From Psammoneis japonica (lineage: Eukaryota), in NCBI GenBank assembly GCA_008632985.1, contig QPGO01000074.1, positions 186,001 to 250,000 of the forward strand: a DNA stretch of 64,000 nt, given 5' to 3'. Every line of letters begins with the position of its first letter. Positions within the stretch are counted from its first letter, which is position 1. The position numbers and the translations under genes were made by a program. The notes below the pieces were generated by a model. It ran no database searches and had not been told where the DNA came from. It worked only from the letters and a program-made list of their open reading frames with translations. Shown here one piece after another: positions 60,884-64,000 of the stretch.

Positions 60884-62825
60884 ATGGCATGTAACGTAAC
60901 GATTCGTGTGGCCCAAGACGATAACGGATGTAGCCTTTACGAATTGGGTCAAAATGTGGAATGATGTTGGTGTGACGTCTGACAGCTTGATATCGGAATG
61001 TCGTTCCAAGACTCTCGATTTTTGTAAACACGCCCAAAAGAGCTTGACTTTAAACTGTTCGTTGCTCAGACGCCTGACGGAGCAGTAGTTGGATCCGCTT
61101 GTTGTCAAGTCTGGGCAGGCCCGCAGCCGTGTGCCCAAACCCTTACCAAAATTGGCACCATGTGGGCCGTTTATGTCGAACAGTCCTATCGGCGACGAGG
61201 GATTGCCACCAAGCTTGTCGAGCATTGTATCCAACACTGGAAAACACTTGGATGTACAGAAGCGGTTCTCATTTATGCTTCCGAGGAGGGTAAACGAGTC
61301 TACAAACGCCTTGGCTTTGCTCCAGGCCGCCTACTTGCATGCGATATTCCAGTGAGGAGGCCGACGCACAAGTCGTGCATGGTGAACCTTCAAAGTATTC
61401 CATTTCAAAAGTACAAGACGAATCCTATGATTTGCTCTTGGCTAAAAACTATCGAAATGCATTGCTCTCGTCTGGTTATGAAGCAGAGAGGCTCTTGTAC
61501 GCCAACGTGATTCCAGACACGCTCGACTTCATCCAAAACGCACGACTCGGACTTGACTTTTGCGCCTTTGTTGCCACAAATAATGCCGGAGAGGTTGTGG
61601 CTAGTGTCTGCAGTCAGGTGTGGGACGGACCTTTGCCGTGTATTGTGGAGGGCAAGACGCTGAAATTTGGCTCCATGTGGGGGTTGTACCTTCGCCAAGA
61701 CTCCATCGAAGTTGCTAAGGAGCTTGTGGATGCAGTGTAGAACACCTTAAGTTCATTGGTTGCCACAAAATCCTCACCCTCTGTCCAAACCCGCAGACGC
61801 AAAACATTTTGATCTCAGCTTGTTCGTTCAGCCACAGTAATGCTTTGGTCCTCGAGCTGATGCCGAGACACAACGTTCCAAACGAGAGTCAAACGCATGC
61901 GCGTCTCACCCCGGGAGTGAAGCAGAGCATGGTGGATGCGCTTCGGAGCAAGCACAAACACTTCACGTCCATGACTGACGTCCAATTGTGTTGGCTGCTG
62001 ACTAGTAACCAGAACCAACTAAACGCACTTGATTACAGCGACGAAATCAAGTCTGCTGTTGTGCAGGTCCAAAAAGCCTGGGAGCTCTACATGGATCCGA
62101 ACGACAACTGGTTTACACAGAACGTGCATAGACTTGGTAAAGGGTTTGACCTTGAGAAACTTTCTAGTGACCCCCAAGCTCTGGCGCAAAAGTTTGACAA
62201 GCTGGCTCACAACTACGACGCGTGGACCTTGGGAAACCAGTCGAGAATCGAATCTTGGGTTGCCGAAAAGTCAAAACTATTACTCGCAGAAACGGCGTCC
62301 GATACGACGCATGTCTTGGACATGTGCTGTGGAACAGGTCTCCAAGGCCACATGTTGCGTTTGTGTGGCTTCCGGGGAGTTCTATCTGGCATTGACGTCT
62401 CCTCCCGAATGATCGACATTGCCAAAAGCCGAAAATGCTACGACCATCTTGAGGTTGCTAACGTAAACCAAGACGTCTTCAAGCACTTTCCGAATGGATT
62501 AGCCGACGTGATTATCTGTACGGGCGCGATGGAGTTGCTCAGCACTCGACATGCCTTGGGGATATTCTCGCGACTTCTCAAGACGGGTGGCGAGTTGTGG
62601 ATCACATTTCAAGCTCGTACAGAAGATTCATCGTCTTGCTCTACCGCACACCAAAAAGTCAATGGAATTGATGGTAATACAATGAGGCTGGAGCTCAATC
62701 GGCATGGATTTGAGATTGTCAACATGACCTATCATTCCGATGCGTTCTACACGCCTTCTCCCGAGTTGGACGGGACTCTGTTGCCCGGTCCCATATTTTT
62801 ACGTTTGCGGTCAAAAGGTCAATGA
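60884..62825 (+). CDS. Tandem GNAT acetyltransferase plus class I SAM methyltransferase fusion (several frameshifts; possible intron at about 61740-61830)
   Basis: WAVYVEQSYRRRGIATKL...ASEEGKRVYKRLGF, a second GNAT-like unit (VVASVCSQVW...FGSMWGLY), then VLDMCCGTGLQG...GIDVSSRMIDIAK...DVIICTG. Confidence 0.75.
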
Positions 62826-63244
62826 ATCATTTCACGATAACTAGATTTCTTTGTACGCATTTAGCCAAAGGAAACCGTTACCATATAATCTATCAATTGC
62901 CTTGTTGTTCATTTTTCGTACTTGTACTGTACCTGTCGAGGAAACCATTTTTTGTGTCTGGAAGGAGTATACCCTCAACCCAAGGACGCAGTAACGCAGG
63001 CAGCCTGTTCGCCATGGTCAGCATTATCATAAGCTCTTTGAATGTATGCGTACCTAGGCACCATTTAGAGTGCGAAAGTGCATGCAGTTTGGCTCGCACC
63101 ACCGTATTATTCAAACATTCCGTTTGATTTAGTATGAATCTCATGTCATGTCCTAAAATTGAAAATTGCAAAAACAACCAAGGACCAGAGAAAATACGTG
63201 TGTCCTCGAGTAACTTGCAGTTTCAAGTTGTATGTAGAAGTACA

Positions 63245-63395
63245 TTAGACTACACTTCAACTCTAGCTCTAGAGCGGACGACTTGAAATGCGTTCGGACT
63301 ACTCTGCTCTCTAGCTACTCTAGCTACCGGTAGACTCTAACTAGCTAGAGAGCTAGCTAGGGCCCTAGCTAGTAGCTACTAGAGTAGAGAGAGTC
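63245..63395. repeat. CTAG/TAGAG/CTCTA low-complexity island upstream of the last gene
   Basis: ctctagctactctagctaccggtagactctaactagctagagagctagctagggccctagctagtagctactagagtagag. Confidence 0.75.
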
Positions 63396-63676
63396 TGAAG
63401 CTTGGTCTGAAGTCTGACTCGGGATGATTCAACGCAATACGGCAACGTGCGAATTGCGCGCAAAAATTGCGCCAAAAGCCGAAAAGTGCCTGAGCAGCGA
63501 CACAAGCAACCGACGATGATCTGGGTCGCGGTGTCGCGACGAGAAGCATCCAACAAACGTCAGATTCGAGGTGTTGAGTAGGAAAGAACTTCGCGCAGAC
63601 TTATTTTCGCTGTTTTTGTTACATAAAAAACATTCAACATAGTCTACAGTAGTTGCGCACCCAGAAATACTACAAA

Positions 63677-64000
63677 ATGATCTGTAAGACCTTCTTTGAG
63701 ATTCTCGCTTGCATGCTTTTCGGCGTGGTTCTTATGGACTTGACGATTGACCACTCGGATGACGAGGTTGCTCAACTCGGATACTACAAGGCGCAGCTGA
63801 ATGGCATCGTCGCTACTGTCTTAATTCCCGTGGCAGTGGTGCTCATGATTCTTTGCATGTCCTTCAAAATCAAGAGGGCACCCACAACACGAGCCTATGT
63901 GGCGCTCGCCGTGCTCCTCTGTGGAGCGCCGTATTTGATCCTAGTCGTTGACCCGGCAAAGTCATCCTTGGTGCTCATGAAGCTATCTGAAGACGCCGAA
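63677..64000 (+). CDS. Hypothetical membrane protein (5' part; truncated by the window end)
   Basis: ATG in an AAAATG context opens a frame to the window end with three hydrophobic segments (MICKTFFEILACMLFGVVLMDL...IVATVLIPVAVVLMILCM...YVALAVLLCGAPYLILVV). Confidence 0.7.
   Translation, partial: MICKTFFEILACMLFGVVLMDLTIDHSDDEVAQLGYYKAQLNGIVATVLIPVAVVLMILCMSFKIKRAPTTRAYVALAVLLCGAPYLILVVDPAKSSLVLMKLSEDAE

Noticed and set aside
47846..62825. Many frameshifts as pseudogenisation or programmed frameshifting
   Set aside because: They affect conserved genes (MED14, and EDC4 elsewhere), are single-base and often lie at homopolymers, with few in-frame stops. Uncorrected assembly indels are the simpler explanation.

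Overview
Eukaryotic DNA, most likely from a diatom. This is supported by short GT-AG introns, a signal peptide plus an 'ASAFAP'-type plastid-targeting motif, and diatom-typical gene families. The window alternates between two compartments. (1) Gene-dense segments (about 3.2-12.4 kb, 36.2-40.3 kb and 42-64 kb) hold about 17 genes: MFS transporter, DUF3110, EDC4/Ge-1, Crinkler-like REase, MYND, LRR, a diatom zinc-finger-like factor, BTB, RidA, a DGQHR protein, PI-PLC-X, MED14, EEP, PLD, a BNR beta-propeller, a GNAT-methyltransferase fusion and a partial membrane protein. Many carry single-base frameshifts that look like assembly errors. (2) Transposon-derived blocks (about 1-3.1 kb, 12.5-36.0 kb and 40.4-41.9 kb) include a Plavaka-type transposase, a PIF1/Helitron-like helicase remnant, a non-LTR retroelement remnant and two copies of a 1.3-kb TIR element. 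The main observation is that the transposon blocks have lost almost all TpA dinucleotides, which appear to have become TpG/CpA. An unmutated paralogue inside the window shows the conversion site by site. The 970-codon transposase ORF keeps only 3 Tyr, with Cys/His at apparent Tyr positions. Surviving TpA sites are biased to TYTA/TARA contexts. This suggests a repeat-targeted A:T to G:C hypermutation system, like fungal RIP but with opposite polarity. All assignments were made by eye, without database searches.
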